A stretch of DNA of 64,000 bases. Origin: Gnetum montanum (taxonomy: Eukaryota > Plantae > Gnetophyta). The stretch lies in NCBI GenBank assembly GCA_015680685.1, contig MNCI01002813.1:1442287-1506286 (forward strand). The letters are read 5' to 3'. Shown here one piece after another: positions 26,480 through 40,640 of this stretch. A model generated the notes under the pieces. That model made no database searches, was not told where the DNA came from, and saw nothing but the letters and a program-made list of their open reading frames with translations. The first letter of the stretch is position 1, and each line of letters begins with the position of its first letter. The position numbers and the translations under genes were made by a program.

Positions 26480-29400
26480 TACCTACATGGCCCCCAACCA
26501 AGATGGAGTTTGAGTTTATGATCCAAAGGATCCAATGGTCATAGAGCATAGACAATTGCTCACACAGAGGGGTAAGAACCTAGATGTTGCTGTAATCAAT
26601 GAGGGGTTTTATAACTTTCTTTATGCCAAAATATAGGCTGGTCTACTCATACCAAATTTTGAATCTAACACTAAGCATGAGTTTGAAATCACACACCAAG
26701 ATGGGAAAGAATACATCCCATCACCCTATGATAATATTTTCCTATTCAACTTCTATGCACATATGTTAATACAACTCATATAGGTTGATGAGCGAAGTGA
26801 GGAGATTAGCTTGGGTGGACATCAAGAAAAGCAAGATGAATTTGAGGTTGAACAAGAACTAGGTATCTTTATTGGAAGACTCTTCCAACAATCAGCTCTC
26901 TAAACAACTATTCCTAGTTTTGCATCTTCTATGTCATTTGTGGAATAAGTTCCCTAATCCTCTGTATCCTCTTGTTCATCCCACAATGTTTGGGTCAACA
27001 CCCATTATTACCACACATCAATCCCAATCTATGCCTTAATCAACCTCCCTCTTCTCATCAGTGCCCTTTGCAATACAATGTTGCTCCACATGATCATCAT
27101 CCATGGTGTTTACTACATCTCATCCTTTCTCCATCCTGGTGGATGCCTATATATGATTCCATACTACACAAGCCTCTCATACCCTCGTTGCTCTTTTTAT
27201 CTCTCAAATTCCAAGGCAAACATCCTTCTATTTGTTCAACCCCCTACCACCATGATTACCTAGCCTCTCCCATCATTGTCATTGCCCATCGCACAACCTC
27301 AAGCCTTTCAAATTCCTTCGTAACTATTTGTACAAAGCCCACAACTCATCAAAATGTCCCAAGGGTTAAATCAAGCCTTCCAGATAATCTAAGATCTTAC
27401 CGAGGAGCTATGCAAACTCAAGGCTTCTACCATTTAGATGATTAAAATAATGAACTTTTACAAGAATTATCCCATTATTCCTACCATCCCTAAAATAATT
27501 CTTCCTTTGGGCATTTTCATTTCCTAATTCACCAAATACAATGGTAAGGGTGATCCCAATGCATACCTCACTATCTTTTGTTTTGAGTGCTTGTTATTAC
27601 AAGATTTCTCTCACACTATCATGTGCATCTTCCCTATGTTCCTCACAAGGAAAGCCTTGGATTGGTACCATGCCTTGCTTAGTGGATCCATTGCCTCATT
27701 AGAAGAATTGAATTCACAATTCATCAACTACTTTAAGTATAACTTGAAACTTGACATAACCCTTGATCAACTAATGAAAATAAAGTAGGGTTCTCTTGAA
27801 CTTGTCCAGAAGTTTATTCAATAATAGAATGCTCTCCTCATTGAGATTCTTAAGCCTAGAGAAAATACTCATATTTTGGCCATTTTCAAGGGGTGATCAA
27901 TGACTTTATCAAGTTCAAACTTTATAACCTAGACTTGTGGTCCCTTAGCTAGGCTTTCTCTCAAACAAAGAACCTAGAACATGTAGCGAAAGTCAGTTAT
28001 TATCCAACTTACATAGCATACAAAAACTAGCACATAAGGAAGGATAGGAATAGGGGGAAGCAAAACCATGTAGTCATGGCCATTATAGCCAAAGAAGCAA
28101 AAAATACATAGGGGCCAAAAATGAATCAGCCAAAAGCCCCTGTTGCAACTGCTCAACCTTTAACATTGAGGGCCTCTAGCTCTAATCAACCTCAGCCTAA
28201 ATTTGAGAAAAAGAATTGATCAAAATATACAAAGTTAGCCTTAAAATCATCCAAGCTCCTTGACTAGTTACTCAAAAGTGGTTGTATCTAGTATAAGCAA
28301 ATGACTGAGAATGCTTGTAAGAGGCATGATCAATTTTGTGAGATTGTTAAGTAACTAACTATAGCAACCAAGGAAAATTCACAAGTGCCAAAGTATTTTA
28401 AACTAGACCAGATCTACCACTATCATCAATTGCCCGATCATGATATTGATTTCTTATTAGCCTTAAAGGGTGACTTGCAAAAGATGATAGATAATGGAAA
28501 GTTAGTGATAGATGCTTTCAACCTAGTTAGGCCTAAAAAACAACACATGCAAGTATGCAAAGATTTGTTGAATGCAAATGATATCTCTTACACAATAGCA
28601 ACATTCCACATTAGTAATGGCCCAAGACTTACCTAGGAGCCATTTATGATTTAGGCACCTCCTTGTGATTAAAGGGGCCCTTCAACTTCATCAAGTTCAA
28701 TGACTCCTTTTATCATAAGGATACGATCACCTATGCCTCCCAAGGAACCATTCATTAACAAAGTGCCTCCTCCCACTACCACTAATCCCATAATCCATAT
28801 TGACCAATGTCCTTCTGTAGTAGGCAATGCAACAACCTCTTTGCAACTTGATAATAAGAATTCACCAACCAAGCAATGCAAGAAGCTTGCCCTAAAGCCT
28901 AAGGTGAAAGATAACAAGTAAACGAAGGCATGGAAAGAAGTGGATCCACCAAATCCCACACCTATTTCAGCCATTTCCATGAGCTCCAATGCTCAAATTT
29001 CTTCAACTAGTCAACCAAGGAAGGATCATAAACAACAAGAGAAGGGAAAGGAGGCCAAACCACAAATGCTAAAATATGAGGTTCGAATTCTAGGAAAAAT
29101 GGAGAAAGTCAAGGGTAATAAGAACAAAAACAACAACAAACAATAACAAAGACTTTCTCAATGCAAGTGAAACTCTCCTTAAAGAAAAAGAATACCTTCC
29201 TAAGCTTGTATGACCTAGTAATGACCTTCTCTACTCACCGTTAAGCCTTAGTGAAAATGTTGACTTTAATTCCCATTAGTGAAGATATTCTTGCTAATGA
29301 AAAATCAATTTACACAATAATGGTGCCACCTTCACCTAGGGAAGAAATGAAGTCAACTATCTTAGTGTTTCGCAATAGAGAGATAAAGACAAATCCCCAT

Positions 29401-29984
29401 GATGGAAAGACAATGAAGGTCCCTCTATTTATAACCATAAGAGTTTGGCAATATAAAATACATAGGGTACACATTAATAATGGAGTAGAAACCAATAATA
29501 TACCTTTTACCATTGTTGAGTGGCTAGGCTTGTTAGAACACATGCAAAGCACTTCTACTTTTGCTCCTAGATCCTTGAACTAATTGCAAGTAGCAGTGAA
29601 AGATTCCATCTCTTTAGACTTTGTAGTAGAGGAAAAATTCCCCAAATCTACCAACTTCTTAATGGTGGAAGAGACACCAAGATTCAATCTGATCTTGGGA
29701 GGTGCTAGTTAGCTCAATTACAAGTAGTTTCCTCTTCCATCCACCAAGAAATTTACCTGCCTTACAAGGGAGGTGAAATAATCATACATGGTGATAGTGT
29801 GGTCCCTTTATTAGTCAATAACATTGACTTGGAAAAAGGGTTTGAAGTGGAGTTTCAAGAAGAAACTTCTACTATCAAGAATGAAGTCAAGAGTGGAGTC
29901 AACCAAGCTAAGGTCGAAAACAACCAAGTCATGAAGAAAGCATGGGAAGAGCTCCCATTTAATGTTTTTAGCAAGGAAAAATAG
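26480..29984 (+). pseudogene. gag and protease of element B (heavily decayed)
   Basis: KYNGKGDPNAYL...FPMFLTRKALDWY (Retrotrans_gag-like). YHYHQLPDHDIDF..LK..LQKMIDNG (degenerate Tat/Ogre zinc knuckle). PLFITI...RVHINNG (protease, DNG decayed). Confidence 0.85.
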
Positions 29985-30537
29985 GAGTACAGGATTGTGC
30001 AAAAAAAATCATATACTTTTCCTAGTCTTTCAAAGATTAGAAAACAATTGCATAATTGAGTAGCTCTTCTACTAGCTAAACCCTATGTTAAAATTATGTG
30101 GCCTTTTTCTTTTTATTTCATAGCCTAGTTTTAACCTTTTGTTTATATGTGTCATTTTGTTTCACCATGCTTTATCTTGTTTTAGCCTTATTACATCTAC
30201 TTAGCCTTGCTTGTACACATTTGCATAAGATTTATAATCTATGCCTATTTAGGATTTTTCTTTTATGCTCTCCTTTACAAACCCATGAAAATATTGTAAA
30301 AATTTAAAACATAAAAACTCATAGAAAGTTAGCGATGACCTAATAAGACCTTAAATTGGCAATGCATAGTAGCCTTTTTTCTTATCACATTATAACTTGT
30401 TCCACCATATTTTAGACTTTGTTTTACTTGATTACTCTACATTTACATTTTACTATAAATATTTCATTATAGCCTTTTACTTTAAGCACATAGCCTTCTT
30501 TATACAAGAAAACATAAAATAAAATAAATTTACTTAC

Positions 30538-32814
30538 ATGGCTTAGGCAACACAAGAATCTTAGAAATCAAAGGTGCATAGTATAAGCATTTATAGTGCC
30601 TAAACACTTGTGATAGACTTGAGAAAATCATGAGGTATACCTGATAAAGTCATCCTTTAGTTGCTTTAACATCATAATTCTCACAACTTGGCCTTGTCCT
30701 AAAACTTCCAAGGCTATATGTGCTAAAGGTAGGACTTGGTCACTTTTGATCAATCCTCCATCATGTATCCTATACCGACAACATGTCAACACAAAAAACT
30801 ATTAGAGCCAAATAGCCTAATGAAAATGAAAACCAAAAAAAAAATTAGAATGGAGCTTATGCTTGAAAAAGGTAGAAGGTGATAAGAGGATTCTGAAATA
30901 AATTATTGATCCAATGGCCTAACATTAAGGTGTTGTTAATGTTATACTAAGCAAACTCAGGCATGTCCTAGATCTAGAATAACTTGTGCATCCTCGATGT
31001 GTAGGAATCATCATGCTAGTTAGCTTCTACTTGAACACTAGGATAATCCATCATAAACTTGACAATGTAGCTAGTAGATCCTAATAGAAGTGCCTCTGCT
31101 ATAACAATTGCATTGTTAGTGGCCAAGTGTGACCACATAATCATCCTAAAGTTCTCAAGCAAGTAGGCTAAGAACTTTTTGGTCCTAGGCCTAAACCATA
31201 GAAAGCCACTATCAAGTATCATGTTGGAAGGTAAATTGTTTTATGTAGGCATACCTATGTGGCACAAGATCCCAACTAGTTCCATGATTATCAAGATAGG
31301 CTTTAAAAAGTCCCTACACAAGTAACAATAGAATCATTAAAATACATGATAACAATGAACAAATTTAACAACACTAAAACAAAATAACGTGTGACGTCAA
31401 TGTTGCCATACAAAATTACATAATTATATACAAAACAACCAAACTCATTAAATTTTACCAAGAAAAAAAGCAAAATTCAGCTTGTTAACATTTTTATAAA
31501 AAACCAAGTAGCCTAAAAAACTATAATTGATGAGGAAAATTTCATAGCTAAGAAAAAAAATTCCAAAAAAATTTATTGCAAACTCTAGACAATGGGAACA
31601 AGCCTATAATGAATTAAGACCTATTTTAACAATTCTCCAACAACTTTAATTGAATTAAAATTTCAACTTGAATTGAATGAAATTTTTGCTAGAAAGACCA
31701 GTTTATAGTGAAATAGTTGTAGTAAAGACTTTGGGAAAGGTAGAGAAAAATTTCAAAAAATTTAAAGTGCTATTAAAAACTCCTTGAAACCATGTTAATG
31801 ACATTTGAAAGCCTTAGACATAACTCAAAAAACACAAAAAGGTGACCAATGCTACTAGTGTAGTCTAAGAAGCTTGCAAGCTTAAGAATTGAAACTATAA
31901 TTGTACAAAGCAGCTCACATGGTCGAAAAAAATCATGAAATAATTCTAAAACAATTTTTCTAACTCTAAACAATACAAAAAAACAAAAATAAACTCAAAT
32001 TCCATACAAATGTTGTAACAATAGGCATAAAAAATTCAAATTGTGAGCTGAAATCACTTAGATTTATGAAGAAACCTAATTTGTAGTGAAATAGCTATAA
32101 TAAAACCCATGGGAAAATTGTAGAAAAAATTTAAAAAATTTCAAATCTTATGCAAAGCCATTTTACACTATCCCAGAAATCCCTAGGAGGCTGGGACATT
32201 GCCAAAAACATTTTCTAGGCAAGGCAAAACTATCAATTTTTCAAGGTAAAAACATGGGAAAATAAAGAAAATGCTATGCAATGGTCTATAGAAAAATCAT
32301 AGAAAATTAATCAAAACCATGAAAATAGTGATTCTACCTCTAGTGTGATCATTAAACCTTATACAACAACATCATTAAACCTTGTACAACAACCCTATGG
32401 ACTCAAAAATTGCAAATCATGTGCCATAACCTTAATAAAACATTGCAAAGTTTGGTTGTTTTTTAGCAAAAATAGGAAAAAAATGCATAGAATGGGCTGG
32501 AAAAAAAATCAAATTTTCATAAAATAGAGCCCTAAACCAAAAATCACAATATGAATGCAACCATACAACCTAGACCTAACATTTAATACATACAAAACCA
32601 AAACTTTTCAAATGAGTAATCCTACGTTACAGAAAATGCCTCCATATTGCAACAAAAATCAGTAAAAAGAAATAGTAAAAGATGGGTACCTAGCTTTGAT
32701 GGTTGAAGGGCCCTTGTTGATGGAAGGGTTAGAAAGTTGAAAGATGATCTTTGCAACCCTGTCTACATCCTCTAATGTGGGGTTTTGGTTGGATGATCCA
32801 ATCCTCCTTGACAT
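30538..32814 (-). pseudogene. Spliced antisense accessory gene in element B with an FCP1/NIF-like (HAD) domain; exons about 32814-32690, 31313-30861, 30798-30538
   Basis: Exon 2 translates LKPILIIMELVGILCH...WFRPRTKKFLAYLLENFRMIMWS...I*DMPEFA*YNINNTLMLGHWINNLFQNP. Exon order and first two intron phases match the copy at 59803-62270. Confidence 0.75.
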
Positions 32815-34619
32815 CTTGCAAAGTGGGAGAAAAATATTCAATTCTTCTACAACTACACTGCCTTTGGGTGTAGAAGAATGAAAATATGCTCTCAATTACT
32901 GAACTTTGAAGCCTAAAATAGCCAAGTCTCACTATCAAGCTCTACCTCTGCCAAAAACCAAGCTTCGGAAAATTATGTGCACAAAAATATTAATGCTTGG
33001 GCTTTCCATGTATTTATGTATTGAAATGGGAAGTCATGACCTAGAAATGCCCCATAGGATGCTAACAAAGAAAATCATGAAAACCCCCAAAATGCTAAGA
33101 TTTAAGACTTTAACAAATTTTTATGTTGGAAAGTTGTGCTTGGCTAAACATGCCATGGAAAAAGTTAAACACTTTAACCATGGGCAAGATACATCTTTGG
33201 CAGCCCATCCTTGATCCATGGTGGTTAGTAAAGCTCCATGTCAAACTAGAACCCTAGGCACTATTATTGGGAAACATCTAGGTGTTAGGAGATAGCTCAA
33301 AACAACTAGAAAAATTTATCCATGGGCTTTTATGCTAGGCATGTAGGAAAAATACACTAGAAAACATATTTATGAGAGAACCAAGGATAAAATACATAAT
33401 TGAAACCTTGAGTGACCCTTGAAATTACCAAACCCAATGCTAAAACCTAGCCGGAGCCTTCGATAGCCATGAAACTCCAAAAGTCAAGCCAAAAGATGAT
33501 AGAATTAGTCAATCTCTAAGTTTTACATTGGGGATACAACATAAATATACTAGTTAATGTATTTATGTAATATGTAGAGATAAAATATTAAAATAGAGCC
33601 TTAAGTGACATTTCAAATTTTCAATCCCAGCCCTAAACCCTAGCCACAAACACCAATGACCTTTATAGGTCAAGAAATCAAGTTGAATAATCACCTAGAC
33701 TATGAAGATGCCATTTTTACATTATGCATTTAGAAAAGTACATTGGCCAATGCATAAATAGTTTGGGCAAGCTTTTGACACCCCAAATTATTCAAAATTC
33801 AAATGTAAACGCCTAGGAGCTTGAAGCCATAAGCTAGTAGTAACTTGACCTTGGTTGAGCATGAAAAATTCAAGTTTCATCACTTTTATGCTAAGCCACC
33901 AAGAAAAGTATGCTGGCCAATGTATTGGCTAGCATAAAAACTGGAAGGTGAACTTTAGTTAACCATTTTTGACCTAGAAAAAGCCATTTTTCGACATTGA
34001 GACCTATGCACTACCCTAGGAGCTTAATGTAGCCAAAATTCCAAACTTGACAACCTATGAAATAATTTTTCTAGCATAAATACACTTGAGCTTAAGAGAA
34101 ATATGTTAGCCAACATATAAATTAGGATCTGGTAGCTTACAATGATCTTATCAAGTCAAATCGACTTATTCTCTCTCTTGGATCACTATGTTAACATCTA
34201 AAGGTCCCAATTCCCAAAAATTGGTTAAAATAGATCCCTAGAACTAAATTTCATAGGAAATACAATAGCACCCAAGGAAAATATGTTGGCCAATGTAAAA
34301 ACTACAAATGCCAATGTAGAAACCATGAACTACCTTTCTTTAGCCTCAAAATAAGCTTGAAATGACTATTTGAAGTACACAAACCCTTCTATAGGTCCTG
34401 AAACTTATCAACATGGCCTGTTAAGACCTAAAATTGGAAAAATATGATCATGTTTGATCATGCTTAATCATATAATGCCCTACCTTACCTTGTTTGGCCT
34501 CATTTCATGAGGTTTTGACCTTACTTGACCTTGTTTTGTTCTATCTTTGTAATATTTTATATTATTTAGTAATTTCATCACACAAGTGCCACTTAATGTG
34601 CATATGGGATATGTACATG

Positions 34620-36610
34620 ACTGGAGTATGGACACCTAGATGCAATTTAGCTTACCTCTTAGCCTGAGCAGACCTCATGGTGATGTTGAATGATTCATTG
34701 ACCTTGATTACTTAGATCTTGAACCTAAGAGTCTTTTCAACCACATAGCCTCTTGCCTAGTCTTTCAAGATAACATTAAGGCCTTTGCCTGGTCATATGA
34801 AGATATGTTAGGCCTTGATCCATGCCCAGCTTAGCACAACAATATACTTGACCCTAGTATTAAACCACTTAAGCAAAAGGTTCATAAAATTAGACCAAAT
34901 CTAGCCTTGGTAGTTCATGATGAGATCATGAAACTTTACCAAGCTAGTTTCATCTAAGCTATCAACTACATTGATTGGGTATGCAACATAGTGGTGGTCC
35001 TTAAGAAAAATGGAAGTATATGTATTTGCATTGATTTCTGAGACCTAAATAAGTTAACTATCAAAGATGATTTTTCTTTGCCTAGTATTGACCAACTCAT
35101 CGATACTACAATTGAACATGCCTTGTTGTCCTTCATGGATGAGTTCTCGGGATACAACTAAGTTAGGATCAACCTAAAGCATCAGTTGCATATGACCTTC
35201 ATGATCCTTTGGAGAAGTTTTTATTATATCATGATGTCATTTGGTCTAAAGAATGTGAGTGTAACCTATCAACAAGCTATGACCTACAAATCTTGTAACT
35301 ACATGCTAGGGTTAGTTAATGATTACATGGATGACATAGCGATCAAATCCAAAGTGGCCAACGACCATGCACATGGCCTTGACTTAGTACTTAAGAAATT
35401 TTTCAAATGCAAACTTAGACTCAATCCTCATAAGTATTTTTTTTGCATTAAAACTAGTAAAACGCTAGGTTTTCTAGTGTCTAAGGTAGGGATACATGTT
35501 GATCCTAATAAGATTAAGACCATAAACAACTTGATAGCACCTACTAACCTTAAGGAGCTTTGGGGACCACAAGGTAGGTTGTAGTTTATTCATAGGTTCA
35601 TCTCAAAGCTTACAAATAAGCTACAACCCATGCAACACTTGCTTAAGAAAAGAGTTCACTATGAGTGAACTACCTAGTGCCAAGAAACCTTTGATAACAT
35701 TAAGTAAGAGTTTGATCAACTACCCATAGTGTATCCACCACAAAAGGATAAATACTTTTACATCTACCTTACAATCTTTGACACATCCATGGCCTCTTTA
35801 CTCTATCAAAAATGAGATGATGGAACAGAGCTACCTATATACTACTTGAGCTATTCATTAATAACCTATGAGACTTGGTACATAGAAGTTACGAAGTATT
35901 TTCTAGCCCTAGTCTTCTCCTTGAAGAAATGGAGATACTACATTTTTAGAAGTTAAGTCAACGTTATATGCAAAGACAATGTATTAAGATTCATAATGAC
36001 TAATATCTTTGAAAGTATCCAAATAGCATGATGGAAGGCCATAATAGCTAAGTTTGACTTGCATAACATCTCCTAGGCATCAACCAAAGGTTAAGCTATA
36101 GTTGTACAACTCACATCTTCCCTAGTAGAAGATAATATAAGCATAGACCCTAAATTCCTTGATGAGCATGTTAACATTATTAATGAGGTGCTTGAGGGTT
36201 ACGAGGCCATGATGCATCTTGATAGGGCTTTATTTTCCTATAGGGTTAGTGCTACAACCATCATAACATCATCTTCTAGTGTAATCTAACATCTCACCTA
36301 CTATTTTCAATATCCATGTACCAATAATATGGTAGAGTATGAAGGATTAATCAATGGAATGATGGTAGCTCATAGCCAAGAAATCAAATGCATGATAATA
36401 AAATATGATTTGCAACTTGTGGTTAACCAAGTAACTAAGGTATAACTAAGGTATATGCATGCAAAGCCAAACATTTTACAAACCTACTATGACCTGGCTA
36501 AGCAAATAATGCAATAGTTAAGGAAAATTAGTACTCAACATATATCACAAACTGAGAATACATTAGCTAATGCCATTGCAACTATAACATCCCATTCCTT
36601 GTTAAGGATA
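34620..36610 (+). pseudogene. RT-RH-aRH of element B (integrase missing)
   Basis: FAWSYEDM, ICIDF*DLN, FMDEFSGYN, DYMDDI, PIYYLS (RH). aRH at about 36210-36600: NNMVEYEGLING, DLQLVVNQV, ENTLANAIA. Confidence 0.92.
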
Positions 36611-36820
36611 AAAATATACCATAATCATGTAATTAACCTTCAAAAGAAGGTGTGCCTCATCACAAGGAGTTGCAACTATTTATGATACTCCTTAGGAATG
36701 GGTTTGAGTTGTGGCATTTAAGGTTAGGCTTAGAGGTTATGCCAACATGGAGTTACAGAGTCAAGATTGGCAAGTGATGGGAGTTGGGTGAAGTGGGACA
36801 AGAAGGGATTGATTACCCCT

Positions 36821-37676
36821 TGATGAGTGATGAGGTACCCCTATGCCCAACCATACAAATCACAAAGTGTTCATGCAAGATTTGGCCAAATTTCATGGAT
36901 TTTATAGTTTCCAATGCACTAGTCTGTTAGGCAATGAACCTTGCTCTAAGGTCATTCATTGTCTTCTTGATTACAATTGTGAAGTACAAAGGTATGGTTA
37001 AGTGAAATTGAGGAATATGATTTTTATCATTTTATATTTTATGTTCTTTGGTGCTTTGAAGAGAGAGATAAAGTAATTTAATGACTAATCTAAATTGACT
37101 AACTAACTGATCTCTAACTAATCCTAACATAAGCATTCGATCCCACTTTCCATACACATCCTAAACCCACATATCCACTGCTAGCTTACCAAGTGCTACA
37201 CCATTGGGCATACCAAGAAATAATGCTACTAGGATTACCAAGCGAATACATGTTACGCTCAAAGCGATCATACTTCTATATTTAATTTATCTAGCTTATC
37301 TCGATCAATTAGCTTAATTATTAGAAAACATTAAAAAATTAATGAAAAGCATTAAATGCATAAAGAAACATCTAAACTATCTAGAATGCTACAAGATTTA
37401 TCAAGAAGCTCATCTTTATTTCCATACACACTATTGTGCTCAGGTACAACAATGCTCGAATAAAGATCCATACACTCAATAACTCTTGCTGTAGGCAGTT
37501 GGGAAAAATATTTTAACTTTTAAATGAACAAAATGCAAGAGTTTGGCTACTACTATCTATTGGATGCCATAAATGTGGTTGGTAATCATGTATTTATAGT
37601 AAAAAATGAACCCTACGTTGATGGGACCATGTTGATGTAGCAAACAATGCATCGATGAGGCCATGTCAACGAGGCT
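36821..37676 (-). repeat. 3' LTR of element D (U3 end apparently truncated)
   Basis: Starts TGATGAGTGA on +, matching 48854 onward. Differences are mostly transitions. Confidence 0.88.
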
Positions 37677-37749
37677 TGAGTGTACAGATGAACACATTTT
37701 AAAAATTATGGTGTTCATGACATAAAAATTGAACACCATGACATGACTC

Positions 37750-40640
37750 TTCAAAATTGGACAACATGTCCTCTAGTGGTGTGAAGTTGGTGGAAAAGGT
37801 TAGACAGTCCTAGGTGGTGGTGGCTCTTGAGGCTCTAAGGAACCTTCACCGGCTTCAGGCATGTGCGACAGCTGAGATAGCTATGGCTATCTTGTTGCTA
37901 CTCCAACTTCTAGTAAGAGGCAAAAGGCATTCAACAATGTCTTCATTTTCTCCTTCTTACTCCTAGGATCATGCACAATCCACACAACTTTGCCAATGTG
38001 TGTCAGAACGGGCGCATCCCAAGGACAGGGAATTATTAAAAATAGCTCCTTAGCATTAATGAACCAGGTAGCAAATTGTTTGTGCTTGATGTCAAATGTC
38101 TTAATTATGTCTTTTAACTCATGGTAATCATTCATTCTCTTGGCCAAGCTTTTGACAGTTGATCATTGATTAGTGAATCATGCCTTGAGAACTTTGAGTT
38201 TAGCATTTATTGTCTCAAGATTTTACTTGATATCTTTATGGTGCTTGAACTTAGCCTCATACATCAAGTACAAGCTAGCCACTTATTTTTTCAATTCTAA
38301 CCACGACCATTTGGTAGTCAACATAGCCAGGTTTGCATAGCAGAGATTGGCCAATTCCATGTATTCTATCATTTCTTCAATCTGCAACTCCTTTAGGCAA
38401 ATCTCTGCTTTGTTATAGGCTTCAATCCCATCAATGATGGGCTACCACACTTCTCTTCCTTACTAGAGATGCTATAGGAATTCATATAATTTTGCCTTAG
38501 TGATTTGAATATGTTTCTCATTTTCCTCCTTCTACAAGCCAACCTAGTCTCTATAGTGATTTTTAACTCTTTCAAACTTAAGAGCATCATTTTTCTAGGT
38601 GGTAATCTCAATGGAAAACTTCTAACATAAGGCTTGGACTTCCTCCATAGATAGATTTTGATTTTCCATAGTCAATTTTCTTATTTTTATGCTTATCTTG
38701 ATGAGCTACTCCTACTATTGGTGAATGAATTCTTGCATTTGTTGCTTCTGCGTATCAACATTGTGTAGGAAATGATTTTTTTCAATTAGTGATTCATTTT
38801 CTTAGTGCATCTGAACCAAGTATTTTTGAACCAAGTAGATTTTTGCTTCTTCTATAAACAAGTTGAAGGTGGCTATCACTATTTCTTCCTTAGCTTGTTT
38901 TAGTCATTCTTGAAGCTATTAAAAAGCTTCATCTCTAGTTGTTGCTAGGTTGAGGAGTGCAAGATAAAAACAAGCATACAATTTAGCAAGTTTTGTAGCC
39001 AAGTGTTGGTTCTATGCTTGGGCCATTTCAAGTTGTTCCTCCAGGATGATGCACTTGCCCTTTGATTTTAGTAGCTTTGACTGGGTTATGATGATGTTGT
39101 TCAGAAAATTGAAGATATCTAGAATCGATTGCTTGATCCCTACCAATCTATCCAACAATTCTTTGTGTTGGGATGCACTTAATTTTTTGCTAACCATGCT
39201 TTCAAATGTTTGCACATCTTGAAGTGCAAATAAGTTTGGTCTAGACACCATAGGTTCATTAAGCACTTCAACAACTTAGTTAGCAACTACTTCAGTAACG
39301 ATCTTCTGCCCTTGGTGTTGCATCACCAATATAGTTTCCCCCTCACCTTCCTCAAAGTGCACCAAAAATGAGGCAGCATTCTTAAAGATTTCTAGGAATA
39401 AATGATGTTGAGATAAGGACACCATCACCTCTCAGGCATTGGGGTCCAACCTCATGGGTAACTACATTCTTTGGGTAGAGAATATCCACCCACCTCTTTC
39501 CATCTATCTAATTGTCTAAGCCACCTCATTAATGTGACTTATCATTGGTTGATATATAGAGGAGTTTGCACCACTCATTCTTGCATGTTGCTCCTACTCA
39601 TGTAAGAGTTGCTCTCAAATTTTGCATAAGCACACAATGGTTGCATGGGCCTTCGATGTTGTTTCTTGAGTAGGTAGTGGAGGTGGAAGTTGTTGCTCCC
39701 CTTCTTTAGTCATGGTATTTTAGATCATGAAGTCAAAGGAGCATGTCTGATTCTATCATCTGCATAGTGTATGATCTCTACCCTTCTACAAAGTTCCTAG
39801 ATGAGGCATGAAAATGGCAAGGTTTTTCTTCCATGTTCATTTTCTTTGAAGCATTTCTCAATCTCTAAATAGATCGATTATGGAAGGTTTGCTAGAAATA
39901 TTTTGCTTAGAGTGATACATGCTTAAGCAGAAAAGGTAGTAACCTTGTTGGGCCTCATTGTTGGATCAAGATGGTAGGATGCTATGTTGAAGTATATGCA
40001 TTTTGCTAGTGTGAGCACGTTGTATTCCTTATAGTCAGCCCCATAACACCATTGAATCCGCTCTTTTTGGCCTCAAGGTCACCTTATGTTAATAGCTCTA
40101 CTAGTTGTGTCCTAGTGTTAGGCAACCCAACACCTATACAATAGCTATAGCAAAGTAGGAAACTTGAATATCCTTGATTTTCATTACTAAGCCTAGCCTT
40201 TTGTTATTCTAGAAGAGATATGTCTCTCCCATGTACCACTTCCCACTGGAAATAATGACTATTCACATGGGAGAGGTTTGCAATTGTGTTTTCACCTCTA
40301 CTAAAGCATGCTATAAAAATGCCCCAAAGTTTAATTCCTAGAGAACTGAGCATTGGATACCATGGGGCATAATGGTGTCAAGGTAGGCTTGTGTTAGTAT
40401 GACTTCAAGCCTTGGTATGGGTCTTGGTGCTTTCCCTCGCTGCAATTGTTTTGTTGGCACTTCTTCTTTGAGAATCTGTCGAATAGATTCCACTTTGGGA
40501 TCCTCTCAAAGAGGTCCCATTAGATGGGTTGCCTTTGGTGGCTCTTGGACTTATTCTTGTTGGCCCCTTCTATTTTTGGGTCGTTTCTCCCTTGGTTTAG
40601 GGGTTCCTCCCTCCTATGTTCATTTTGGTCCTGGTGCCAT
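37750..40640 (-). pseudogene. Athila ORF2 (env-like / Transposase_32-like domain and coiled coil), decayed
   Basis: Starts MAPGPK at 40640. KTLPFSCLI*EL motif near 39795-39830. Long coiled-coil-like C-terminal half. Homologous remnants in E and F. Confidence 0.7.
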
